A stretch of DNA of 64,000 bases from Phoronis australis (taxonomy: Eukaryota > Animalia > Phoronida): NCBI GenBank assembly GCA_002633005.1, contig NMRA01000238.1, positions 434,001-498,000 on the forward strand, written 5' to 3'. The notes beneath the pieces were generated by a model. It was not told where the DNA came from and did no database searches. It saw nothing but the letters and a program-made list of their open reading frames with translations. Below are positions 1 to 12,600 of the stretch, piece after piece. Each line of letters opens with the position of its first letter. Position 1 is the stretch's first letter. Made by a program: the position numbers and the translations under genes.

Positions 1-364
1 AGAAAGATTGTTTAATAAAAACCAGTTTACCCAAGATTGATTCTGAACAAAATACAAAAAGAAAGTTCTACATGCAAAGATAAACCTGAACCTATCCACA
101 TTGAATATTACGATACATGTAGTACAATGCCAGCGCAAACAAGTAAAGACAAGCTATATAAGCATAAAGCTGGTTAAGAAAAAATTATTCTCCTTCCGTC
201 GATACAATAGATACCAAAAATTATCAGACAAAACTAAGTTTGAACTCAGCATTCTGGTTACTGTGATGGCAAATTCTTCTTCCACTTAGCCGTCACGATG
301 TGGAATTGTAGGTCATTGTGTCAGATTTTTTTAGGAGTAATTGAGGTCCATGACTGGGGCCAGA

Positions 365-627
365 GGTCTGTTTCATGTAAAGTGACTTAACTAAAAAAAT
401 TCGGTTTTAGGCTCCACACAACAACATAAATCAAATTTCACCTGAGCAAAAATCCAGTCTCTAAGAATCTGCACATGGCTGCTAGTAACTGAGAATCTTT
501 TATAAATCATTTCTTGGCTGTGATGTGCTCATAGTTACTTGGCTCAACTCTTCTTCAGCAATTGAGAGGTGGGAGTGCAACATCAAATTTCTGCCTGAAG
601 TCTTAAACTATTTTAATGAAACAGACC
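365..627. mobile_element. Degenerate MITE
   Basis: Terminal inverted repeat GGTCTGTTTCAT ... ATGAAACAGACC. Confidence 0.45.
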
Positions 628-1844
628 CCAGGTCAGAACTTGCAATGATCATATACTTTCAGCCTAAGGGCTCTGTCACGAAAATGGGATAAAACCAAAT
701 GAGAACCAACTAAAGATTAATCTGAGTAGGAACCATGCCAAGGGCGTCACCTTCGACGCATGTTTTTAGTCAAAGTTGTCCGTTTCCACACGTTCCCATC
801 CTGTTTCAGCAAGATGTGTTGAAAGCGGACTCCAATGTTCAGTGAACAAATTTGGAAAAACACCTGGTCATATCACACTGTGCAATGTGGTCATATGTTT
901 AGGCATATGCATTACGATAACCAAACACCCAGAAAACACTGTCAGTGACTATAAAACTACCTTCAGTCACAAATAACAACTTAAGGCTTGGATCACTGAC
1001 TGTTATGAAACTGGTCTTTCTTTGTTTCTTTGTCAAAAAAGATATGATCATGGGGCAGGGCAAGAACTGACAGTTCATTACGGCTCATGGCCAAGTCAAG
1101 GTCAAGGTTAAGTTGTCAAAGCAGATCATTTTATACAGTGAGTATCCCACACCTTTGCAAGCCCAGAAATCATTTTACGTTTGCATAACAAACATTATTG
1201 AGACCAACTTTTTAGCGGCGATTCAAAAATTTTTCGGTGAGAATGCGGATTTATGCCACTTTCAGTTCAGTTGGAATGATAATATCCAATTTAAATTAGC
1301 GATAACAATATTAACTTGTTAAAGTTTCAAAAAAATAAGACAAAATGACCAAGAATTCCCAACCATGACAAATGACTACAAGTGGATTTCCCCTCATCAT
1401 GACGGCTGCAGGGTAATTGGCATTCACCATCAGAATAGTCGACTGGGAAACAGAATGCTGTTCAATTATTTACATTGTTACAAAGTATGGTAAACAATGG
1501 CAGACTAGCAGTGGCACAGAGAAAGCTGACATAGAGAGATGACCCAAAGATTTGACACAACATCAACATATACCTTGATAATTATTGGGATGTCGGCTGG
1601 TTCCTATCGCAACAGATCAGTAATGTAAAACTGTTAATGTTGCAGAACAAAACGATCAAGGCATGCATTTTCATATGGTTAATTAGAAGCTCAAGAGAAA
1701 GAACTTACTTTGGGTGTGGGGAAGCACTCCACTGGGTCCACTCAGAATTCAGTGGTTGAACTTATAATAAACATATTGGCCAATTATCTGTGAATCACAG
1801 TAGATTTCAATAATTCCAGCAGCCGGACTGATATATATTCTATT

Positions 1845-2215
1845 GAATCAGCTGTGAGTCACAGAACATTTCACCAATCACAGATGCAACTCATCATACA
1901 TTCTGGCCAATCAGCTGTGAGTCACAGAAGATGTCACCAATCAGAGATGCAACTTATCATACATTCTGGCCAATCAGCTGTCAGTCACAGAAGATGTCAT
2001 CAATCAGAGATGCAACTTATCATACATTCTGGCCAATCAGCTGTGAGTCACAGAAGATGTCACCAATCACAGATGCAACTTATCATACATTCTGGCCAAT
2101 CAGCTGTGAGTCACAGAAGATGTCACCAATCAGAGGTGAAACTAATAAAATATTCTGATCAATCAGCTGTGAGGCACAATTAAAATATATTTCGACCAAT
2201 TAGCTGTGAATCAGT
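1845..2215. repeat. 63-bp minisatellite, about 5 copies
   Basis: Unit TCACAGAAGATGTCACCAATCAGAGATGCAACTTATCATACATTCTGGCCAATCAGCTGTGAG starts at 1859, 1922, 1985, 2048, 2111. Confidence 0.95.
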
Positions 2216-3544
2216 TGCTGCAATAAAAATTTTCTTTCATGTTCACAGTTTGGACTAAAATTCCACGATTCACAACAACCTATTACACAAAATCATATTC
2301 ACGTATAACTTCAAATCATGGTTCGCAGATATGAAAAATGCCAGTTCCATATTCACACATGACAAAAAAAATGTTTCGTAGGTCAAGAGCAAACCCTTCA
2401 TCCCTTCATTATAGATTTCAGTTGGATATAATGGTCCGGGCCCCACTTTTTGTGTCCAGCCTCGGCATATCTGGCCATAGTCTGGTGACTGGATTTATAC
2501 AGATTAGACCAGATAGGGCAACGAATATTCCTTTCAATGAAAACCATAGCCCAGTGACTTTTCAATCATGGCAAAGCAAACATTTAGATGGTAGTAAAGT
2601 CAATACACAGAAAGGTTATAGTAAAACTCTAAACCAATGTTAACACTAATATAACCACACCAGATACTGCCTCCACAACACGACTGAAAGGTAATGCAAA
2701 CACAATAAAGATTTAATTGAACATACAGAATGTGTTCATTTTGATTCAACACGAGTTGATAAATACCATTTGTGACTGCAAACAGTCCATTGTTTCAAGG
2801 AAACAAAATAACAGTGGACCTCCCAAAAAGCACATTCCCTGTCTCAAACAGGTGCTCAGATGGGTACTTTACTCTTCACAAGCACATACCCTGTCCCATA
2901 CAGGTGCTCAGAGGGGTACTTTACTTTTCACAAACGACAGTGCGCCAAGAGAAATATTGCCCAGACGAGGCACATTAACACACATTCAGCATGCACAGAC
3001 ATGTGAAGATTCACAATGAACACGTTGGATTGAATGCTCAAAATGCAATATTAGATCAAAATCATGCTATAATTAACAGTTTTGTTTTATTTCAACATGT
3101 AATTAGTACGCATAAGGTTATTTAATTTATTCCAAACATTTTACTGAGTGTGTTCACGATTGTCTATTAAATCCATTCATCAGGTCTAAAACATTTTCCA
3201 TTTCCACAAATTCGACTTTTTACTATTTTTAACAGTAAAAAGTAGTATAAAATTTTATTCAGGCACAGGAAAAATCGAAATAAAAGCACATTTGATCATT
3301 GATAAAGAGTTGAAGCCAAACCTTTCAAACCTTGAAATATTTCTATGCAAACTAACAAGGGTTAGTTTAAAATTGTTCCAGAAGACAATTTTGAGCCAAA
3401 ACCTGCCATTCACTAGGATCTTTATACCGTAACAGAAAATGAAGCAAGCCTTTACCAGTTGTTTGTTAGTTAAAATCCTAAACAAAGACAAAGTGAAAAT
3501 GGAAGAAGGAACGTTAAGAGGAGAAGTTGATGGAGAACCCTTAC

Positions 3545-3669
3545 CCTGTGAACTGATGTGATAACGAGAGTGCTTGTCCGCGACGGGGTAATGGGACGTA
3601 GTCGTTTCTGTTCCAACTCCCGTATTGCAACATCGGTGACTGACTCAACCCCGTTAATCATAACAAAAT
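3545..3669 (-). CDS. C2CD2: C2CD2-like exon 13 (conserved C-terminal motif)
   Basis: TTGTAG|DFVMINGVESVTDVAIRELEQKRLRPITPSRTSTLVITSVHR|GTAAGG; phase 1-0. Confidence 0.85.
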
Positions 3670-6600
3670 CTACAATACACGCAAACGAACAGAACGTAAA
3701 ACGCTAGTCAAGCCGAGAGGTTAGGATTGCCATGCAGTGATTGCTGATGAAGACACCAGATGTCGCTCTCTGCGGTGACCTGCTGTTCATCTACAACATG
3801 CCGTGTGTGAACACACCAATAACCGTACTTACGGAGTAGGTATGTGAGCGACCCCAGAACTTAAAGCGGTTTCGCCTGGGAGATGGTGAAGCCGACCTTT
3901 TGTCCAAGGCGCCACCTAAGACTTGACCTTTTTCTTTGGAACCTGCTGAGTTGTCTGCAATTGGTAGTCATGTTGTTAACACTTGGTAGCCATGTTGTTA
4001 ACACAAGCCTGTGCACGGAAATGACAACTACTTTCTGATATTCAAGCAGTGAGAATGACACTCATGGCTCTATGAGATACAAGGCCTAATACAACTCAGT
4101 TCATATGAAAATTCATCAAGTGATTATTGGCCCATTCACACGACTGTCTTTTGATACGAAAACGCAACCTTTTCTTCATTGATACATCCTCTGTCCACAT
4201 GTCCCACGAAAATGACAACCACAAACGCAACATTTTGTCAACACTCTCCAAATGCATTTTTTATCAAAACGCTGACATCCTAGTTGTATTTGCATATTGA
4301 TGCGGAGAAAAAATGTTTAGGAATTGCAAAGAAAAATTAGCATTTTCAACATGAAACCCAATCATGTGAACAGGACCTAACTGAAATCCTGTACAACTTG
4401 TAACATGTAATCAATCCCATTAAGTAATAATATCAAGCACGGAAAACAAAGGAATATTGCAAATAAAAAGATTTTTGAGCAAATTTCAAAAAGGAGCACA
4501 ATTAGGAAAAATAAAAACTTAAGATGTTTCTTTCTTCAGATTTGAAAATGAGATAAGAAACCTTAAGAATTATGTATGAAATAAACAAACATAATTGACA
4601 TTTTGTCAGAATGTTGATCCCATAATCAACATAACGTCAAAACTTTTGAGAATTTCGGGATCTCTTGCTCAGAGCGATTTACAGAGCCTGATCATGTTGA
4701 CACATTCAAACAAATTCTCCTTGAACTTGAAATGTTAATTTCTTTGCTATAATTATTTCCATGATAAAAGTAAAACCTCATTTCTACACTGAATAAGAAT
4801 AGCAGACATGCCGAAATTAACTAACAAAACTTGGCAGCAAGCAAAAATAAAAAATATAAACAGAGACTAAATTGAAAACTGGAAAACAAGATGAAAGATG
4901 AAACAAACCACTTGAGAGATGAAGTATCAACTTGAAGGTTCAGCCTTATTGCAGTAATTTCCACTCTCAGATTAATTTAAATTGGGATATTTTTACTGTG
5001 CACCTCTAGGGAAATGCTTAATCACCGCTTCTTGAATGACGTTCTTTTGGGATTTTCTGTCTGAAATTACTTTGGAAAAATCAACAGCATTTTGCAACTG
5101 AAGTTAGTATTCACCTTTGTCTGCAGGATTGAACTGGTCAGTTTCAATAAAATGCTAATTTTAGAAGTGGTACTTCATCTTTAAAGGAAAATTATCGGTT
5201 TTATGGGCGAAAAATACATTTATGAGATCACTGTTGGATGGGAAGTTATTCCCAAGGCTTTCGCACCCGTAGGTGTCTATTTTACCGCAGTGACCTCATG
5301 CTAAGAATCCTATGCGGACACCATCACCCCTTGAGGTTGGACAACTTGGCAGTTAACCTTAAAATCCATCGCTTTCTTCAAAGAAACCATCGAGCTTCAG
5401 CTGAAGTTATTGTTCTCTGGAGACCGACTTATGTATTCAGACATAAAATTGCCTAGAGGGCAACAAAAGTATTTCTTAAAATTCCATTTTGAAATTTTTA
5501 AAATAGCATATTGAATGAATATTTTGTGAACAGTACACATCATTAGGTTTTTGAGTTTTGAAAACCGGACAAGGAATGTGACTTTTATGACCTAACTAAA
5601 ACTTTTGAACAATGTTGCCTGGAGCTGGAATCAATGAGCATGTTCTGCGTCATTAATTCTGCTGAGCTTGCAACATAATGGGTCAATTACCAACAGTCAT
5701 AAACCAGCAGGTTGGAAAGTGACGAAAGCCAAGTTTCATCTTACAATTCCGGGCATTGCTTGGATCCACAAGTAGTTCCCAGTGGGTTGGCACTCTTTTT
5801 CAAATTTGTATTGTATACCAAAAGGTCCTCATTCAGTAGTGCTCTGAGAGGGAGTAAAAGACAGCCATTTGAGATTAAACGATTCAACTCAGTGCTTGTG
5901 GCATCAACCTAGATTTTTTAAACTTTTTTGATTTGAAATACCAGGTTTCACTTTATTGGCAGTTTGGCTACTATGGGAGTAGCCCAGGGACGCCTTCGCT
6001 GACAACTCATAGAACTATTTTTGTCACATTTTCCATACCTCTGTCCCATTCCAGAAATGCAAAAGCTATCCAAAACAGAACAGATCCCATGGGGCTTTAG
6101 TTTGTTGGGAGTTTCTTTCTCCGGTAGCTATAAAGCTATGAAACAACAGAATCCGCAATGTTTTGTGATTTTATAACAGATGGTCAATTCTTGCCAGTCT
6201 GTCTGACATTAGGTGAAATTTAACTAAATACTCGGTCATTTGTCGAGTGGGTTTAGTTCTGCCAGAAGAGCATTGGAGTGCAACCACTGGGGTACCATGT
6301 TGGATCCTGCAGCGAGTCTGGCCTCAAAAATTACTTTTCTCTCCGATAATGTCCCTTTAAAGAAAACGTATTCAAGGCTAATTGATTTACTCAATTCCAC
6401 ACAGACATTGAGGAAAGTTGTTGACAGTGTATAATGCACAAAAAATAATAACTAGAAAAAACTTAGAAAGAATTGTCTCAACTCATGATGAGGTGGCAGC
6501 ATGTCTCATTCTGAAGAATAGAATACCACAGGTAAACTCCCTTCACATATTCAAGCAATCGGATTTTATTTTATTCATGCCAGTTAGGTGCCTAATACAA

Positions 6601-9600
6601 ACTCGGTGCTAAAATAGAGAAAACATGGACTCTTGCGTGCCCATCTGGAAAATTAAACTGGTAACTTAGTTTCTTAAGTGCTGTTGACATATGCCAGACT
6701 ACAGACCTGAAAATAATGATAGCAAAGCACTATCTACCACAGGACAGCAATCAAAAGCAATGCAAGGATGAATAATGCAGATTTTGGTAGACTTCAAAAA
6801 TGGTTTTTAAAAAGTGAATACAAAAATAACTGATCTACATTGCGTGAAACTGGACACATTGACATGCCGTTCAGATATCACGTCAGCAGTGAATGCTTGT
6901 TCTGTACTGCTTGAGACAATTTGCTAAAGATATGCCAAGTTATCAAATGTGCCATGATAACTTTCACTTTGTCAATCATAACATAAACACACTCTGGAAA
7001 TCATTTCCGCATTATATCCAGGTTCACATTCACTCGCTTGCATCCATCCACATTTAAGACGGGACTCAGAGGATTAAGAGACATGTTTGTGCAGTGCTCA
7101 AGTGTCTGCCAGTAATATCAAGATTGGTACCCGGGTCTCAAACAACTTTTGCTGGCAAAAATGAATATGAGTAAATAACAAAAAAGAAACCTCCTTCAAA
7201 ACTGATCGACTGACTCCCAATAATATCAGCATGGAGAAACGATCAAAAGTCCAGGGCCCATTTTATCAAAGGTCAAGAGTTTTGGTTCACACAGTCGTAA
7301 TGTACATTCTAATTGGCACATAAGTCATAACTTGGGTTGTGAAGGCACCCATTAATTCTGATTGCAAAAATTATCAACATTACCTCAGTTGCAATGTTTC
7401 ACTGTTGTAATAAAACACAGGGTCGCGTGTGCAACAATGTTCTTACACCAGTCTTAGCAACCATCAAACCTACCACTTTTGATAAAACACACCCTAGGAA
7501 TCAATGTCAACCGCAGGCAGTCATATTTCATTGCAGACTACAACTAACTGCCTGCTTTGTGCCTGAACACCATTCATATGCACTACTCTAAAAAAGTTAA
7601 ATTTGGTGTTAGACCATTTACCTGAAGACACAAGGATTTGCGGCGGGATATCATCTATGTAGGAGAACACACACATTAAACATAAGTTTTAACACAGTGT
7701 AGCTGAATATAATGTAGAAGCGAAAATATATCAACTAGTTAATACGCTAAAACAATTAATTGAAGACACCAGAAATGATTTACTTTTCAAACCTGGTTTT
7801 AGTCAAGATAATTTAAAAGAGCACACATCCTTAAGAGAATGGACAACATAACAAGAGCAACGCAGAGCGTTGAAATGCGCCCACAATTGCACCGCATACG
7901 GTATCCTTCTAGGGTTGTTTATTGGTACCATAAAGTGGCCAGTAGAGGGCATATACGTAGTATGTTGTACTTTGCAAAATGGAAAGGCATGGTCATTGTC
8001 TCCTCAATAGGCTAGGGGCAAAATGTGAGTGATCTTCATAATACAAGCACATCNNNNNNNNNNNNNNNNNNNNNNNNNNNNNNNNNNNNNNNNNNNNNNN
8101 NNNNNNNNNNNNNNNNNNNNNNNNNNNNNNNNNNNNNNNNNNNNNNNNNNNNNNNNNNNNNNNNNNNNNNNNNNNNNNNNNNNNNNNNNNNNNNNNNNNN
8201 NNNNNNNNNNNNNNNNNNNNNNNNNNNNNNNNNNNNNNNNNNNNNNNNNNNNNNNNNNNNNNNNNNNNNNNNNNNNNNNNNNNNNNNNNNNNNNNNNNNN
8301 NNNNNNNNNNNNNNNNNNNNNNNNNNNNNNNNNNNNNNNNNNNNNNNNNNNNNNNNNNNNNNNNNNNNNNNNNNNNNNNNNNNNNNNNNNNNNNNNNNNN
8401 NNNNNNNNNNNNNNNNNNNNNNNNNNNNNNNNNNNNNNNNNNNNNNNNNNNNNNNNNNNNNNNNNNNNNNNNNNNNNNNNNNNNNNNNNNNNNNNNNNNN
8501 NNNNNNNNNNNNNNNNNNNNNNNNNNNNNNNNNNNNNNNNNNNNNNNNNNNNNNNNNNNNNNNNNNNNNNNNNNNNNNNNNNNNNNNNNNNNNNNNNNNN
8601 NNNNNNNNNNNNNNNNNNNNNNNNNNNNNNNNNNNNNNNNNNNNNNNNNNNNNNNNNNNNNNNNNNNNNNNNNNNNNNNNNNNNNNNNNNNNNNNNNNNN
8701 NNNNNNNNNNNNNNNNNNNNNNNNNNNNNNNNNNNNNNNNNNNNNNNNNNNNNNNNNNNNNNNNNNNNNNNNNNNNNNNNNNNNNNNNNNNNNNNNNNNN
8801 NNNNNNNNNNNNNNNNNNNNNNNNNNNNNNNNNNNNNNNNNNNNNNNNNNNNNNNNNNNNNNNNNNNNNNNNNNNNNNNNNNNNNNNNNNNNNNNNNNNN
8901 NNNNNNNNNNNNNNNNNNNNNNNNNNNNNNNNNNNNNNNNNNNNNNNNNNNNNNNNNNNNNNNNNNNNNNNNNNNNNNNNNNNNNNNNNNNNTAAAAATG
9001 GCCACTAGGTGGCGCAAACTATGTCGAATCCATCTGAAAACGGCAGGATAGCGTCATCTCACTAATAGGTGCCTACATACCAAAATGAAAATCCGTTCAG
9101 GACTTTTGAAGATACAAAGGTAAGCGTAAAAAACTAAAATTGCCACTAGGGGGCACACCGGTAGTCGGATCCGTCCGAAAGTTCGCACATGCCGTCCCAT
9201 TCATGAATGGAACATATGTGCCAAATTTCATGAACATATGTCAAAGGGTTTTGGAGATAGAGCAGCGGACGCCGGACGGACGCCGCCCGTACGGACGGAC
9301 GGACGGAGATGACGGCATAATGCGTCCACATATAAATATGTGGGCGCATAAAAATGGCATTTCTTGGAAGACATGTAATGAAGCTAATGAAACACAAAAG
9401 GAATAAAGCTAGTTCAACTTCACTAAGCAACATTTAGCAAAACAAAAATTTTAAATGGTTTAAGATGAATTGTCATTTTAGACTGAAAATCTGATACTTG
9501 ATGTGCATACTTTACCAGGCTCAAGAAAATTCGTTCTGTTCATAAACCATTTTCTGGCTAGCCGGAACTACTTTCATTACCTTGAGAAGCAGACGTGTTC

Positions 9601-12600
9601 CTCTGACGCCCCCTGCTGCCCTTCCTGTCACTGTATGGCGAAGGGGATTCAGATCGGAGCCCCTGCTCTGTTTTCTCGACTTTGTTGGGAGATTCTATCA
9701 AAACAGATCACTGATAAGTAATCACCATGAAATTTAAAGCATTTTTGCCAATAATACAATTCAAAGGAAATAAATGACATTGAAATTGTTGATAACTTGA
9801 AGCCCACCTTGCTTTTACATCAATTGTCAACTCTTCGCTAAGTACCATACTCATCTGCGTTAACGTCTATGTTCAAATTAACCCCCTCCAACGACACTTC
9901 CAAATTTTCACTTTTTAACACCCGTGCTTAGCTCAGGGCTTGGAATGACCAATGACAATAAAAAGGAAAATTTTCCACGTGATATATAGCTCCACACATA
10001 AATAGGCTTGTGTGAAAGAAATATTTTTTGCATTGTAAAATTTAACTGAAATAAATGTTTTTGCATTAATAAAGTCAAAATAATAATAAAAAAAGAAAAA
10101 AGAGGAAACAGGGAATCAAAGACATCTAAACCAAAAAAGAGGAAATCCTCTTAAAAGAGGAAAATTCAAACCCAGTTGGCTTAACGCCCACACCTAATAT
10201 ATAAAAACGAGACTTCCTTGAAAGCACTTTAGTTGTGAATGCCAGTCTCATGTCAATTTTAGCTCCCGCTATGTACAAAATTTGCTTTTGGAGCAGGTCA
10301 ATACCCACAATCCCCTATTTCACCTTTTTTTAACTGACACATAAGTCAGATACAAATGTAGCTGCTTGGGTATTTACACAAATTAAACAGTTGGACAAAT
10401 GCCCATCCTACATAGGACAAAATCGATTTCAAATGTCCATGATCAGTTCTATGCCTACCCTGATTTTTGAGCTCCCCAACTTAACACCCTGGGCATTAAC
10501 CAGGAGGAATACAGTAGTTCAAGACTCGAGTAATGCAGACAATCAAAAACAACTGCACACTAATTCCAGTAAAGAAAGCACTTCAACCGAATCATATACA
10601 CAATTTATGGTTAAAAGGATAAATTCCTGAAGGCTAAGTCTAGTTAGACAAAAAGTAATTATTCTATAGAAATATCTTGCAACAGATATCAGTATTAACA
10701 TACTGCTTTCCAAGTAGATTTTGTTTTTTGAAATATAATGTTTGGTCGCTTTAAGACGATTCTATGTTCACTCAGCTTACCTTTCACTGTTGGGTCTATA
10801 CGCTCCTTTGGCCTCTCTGTGGTAGTCGTTGTCGTGGTAACACGAGTCCCACCAGGAAGCATAGTACGACTAGTCTCAATCTTTCTACGTGGCGACATGC
10901 TGTCAGCATCAAGTTCATATTGCTGGGCTTCAGCTGGCTCCATGAACAAAAACTGGAAGCAGATGATACAATAAACACGGAAATTGATAATTACAAAAAG
11001 TAGTCTGCATTTAATAGTACCATAAAGAATCGTTTTCCTCATTTGCAGATACGAGCTTTGAAAAAAGCCAATAATATAATGTCACGGATGAGAAAGCATG
11101 CTATCAGAAGCATGTGAGGCAGAGGTGGATTATGGGCAGGTAACAAAATAAAGCGAAGCAATATTAATTATTTAGGAGGTTCCGTGATAAGAGAGTAAAA
11201 CAAAATATTTTTGACTTTTCCTTTGGAAGTAATACAACCATTCAAAGTTCAATAATGAAATTTACAGCCAGAAGAAAGCCATTGACTTAGAATTTTAAAT
11301 GAACACAGAAGATTTAGCAAATTGTTAGTAGAACAAGAAGTTAAACACAAGAAATAAGACATTTCAAAGTCAGGATGAGTCGGCACTTCATAGGAAGAAA
11401 TGAGAAAAATAGGGAGGAGACACGGATAATAGTTCAAGTGTCGTTTCTTTTATTCTCAAAAAGACTGTGACTCAACCAATCGATTATGTTAACTTAAATG
11501 TGATTGGTTGAAATCACCCAGCATTTTCGCACTTCAGCAAAAAACCTAAACAGAGATCATAGAGCAAAACAAAATTCAATTCTGCAAAATTTTTCTAGTT
11601 CTGATCACATAAACCAGAAAGAGTCATAGGCTTACAATAAAGTAAAACTTTAATAATTGGTTACAGCTTGTCATGCAACTAAAATGCAAGTTAATACTAA
11701 CAACAGAGAATGATTCAATAAGAAATAAACTATTCGAAAGACAGTGAAGGAAGTGAATGCTTATTTAAAGATCACCGCGCCATTTCATCACTATACTAAC
11801 ATTGGGATTAACAGATTTCAGTTGCCATGGATACAGTGCAAAAAGGGACTACAATTATCTTCCATAAGACAATGGGATAACAAATTGTTACCAAGTTTTC
11901 GGCTAGTCACAAAACAGAAATAACGACACAAATCTGAAATTGAACAATAATAATAAGATTAAGACATGGAAAGGTAAAATAGAAAAGGGTTAAAATAAGA
12001 CCGATTGATCATGCAGCCATTTTTAGAAGACTAATAGCAAATAAAGAGACATCCAAATATGTATAACATTAAAGCAAATACAGCTTACATAACCAAGAGC
12101 AATAAGAAAGGGCACAAGAAGTTTAATTACAGCTATTTACAGGCTAATGATCACAAACTTAAGCAGCAACGTCAAAGATGTTTTGCTTAATGTACAAATG
12201 TTCAAACCAGTTTGCTTATTAAATAAAGAGTCTAAGACAAAAAATTGCCATCATAACATTTCAACATGCATCAATAACAAGGGTTCTCATATGGCTAGCA
12301 CATTTCAATTCACAGCACTGTATACACTACAATATGCTACCCAAAAAATGTATGGTAATAATTTTGTACTTATTTTACACAAAATAACTTCCAAAATAGT
12401 CATTTTTCTTCACCCTTAGAAGTATAGTAAAGAAACTGGTAGGTGTGTTGAAGTTGCAGATAGGCTAACCAGACCACTCAAACTCAACAATGGACAAAAA
12501 TCAACCGTGTCCTATTGTCACCACTCCCGTCTTGAATGGCCACTAAACGAAACAAGGTTTTAATGACAATTCCATGCAACTGAAGTCAATCCCACATGCT

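Noticed and set aside
740-1760. Further 3' exons of the C2CD2-like gene (near 751-800 and 1709-1760)
   Set aside because: Splice-like sites exist but phases or acceptors do not fit convincingly and I recognise no family motif.
1854-2183. 109-aa repetitive ORF
   Set aside because: Product of a 63-bp (multiple of 3) minisatellite; no splice or homology support.
5283-6310. Additional minus-strand exons near 5283-5452 and 6232-6306
   Set aside because: In-frame stops in the required phase.
8004-9051. Three 327-340 aa ORFs
   Set aside because: Artefacts of translating through the N gap.
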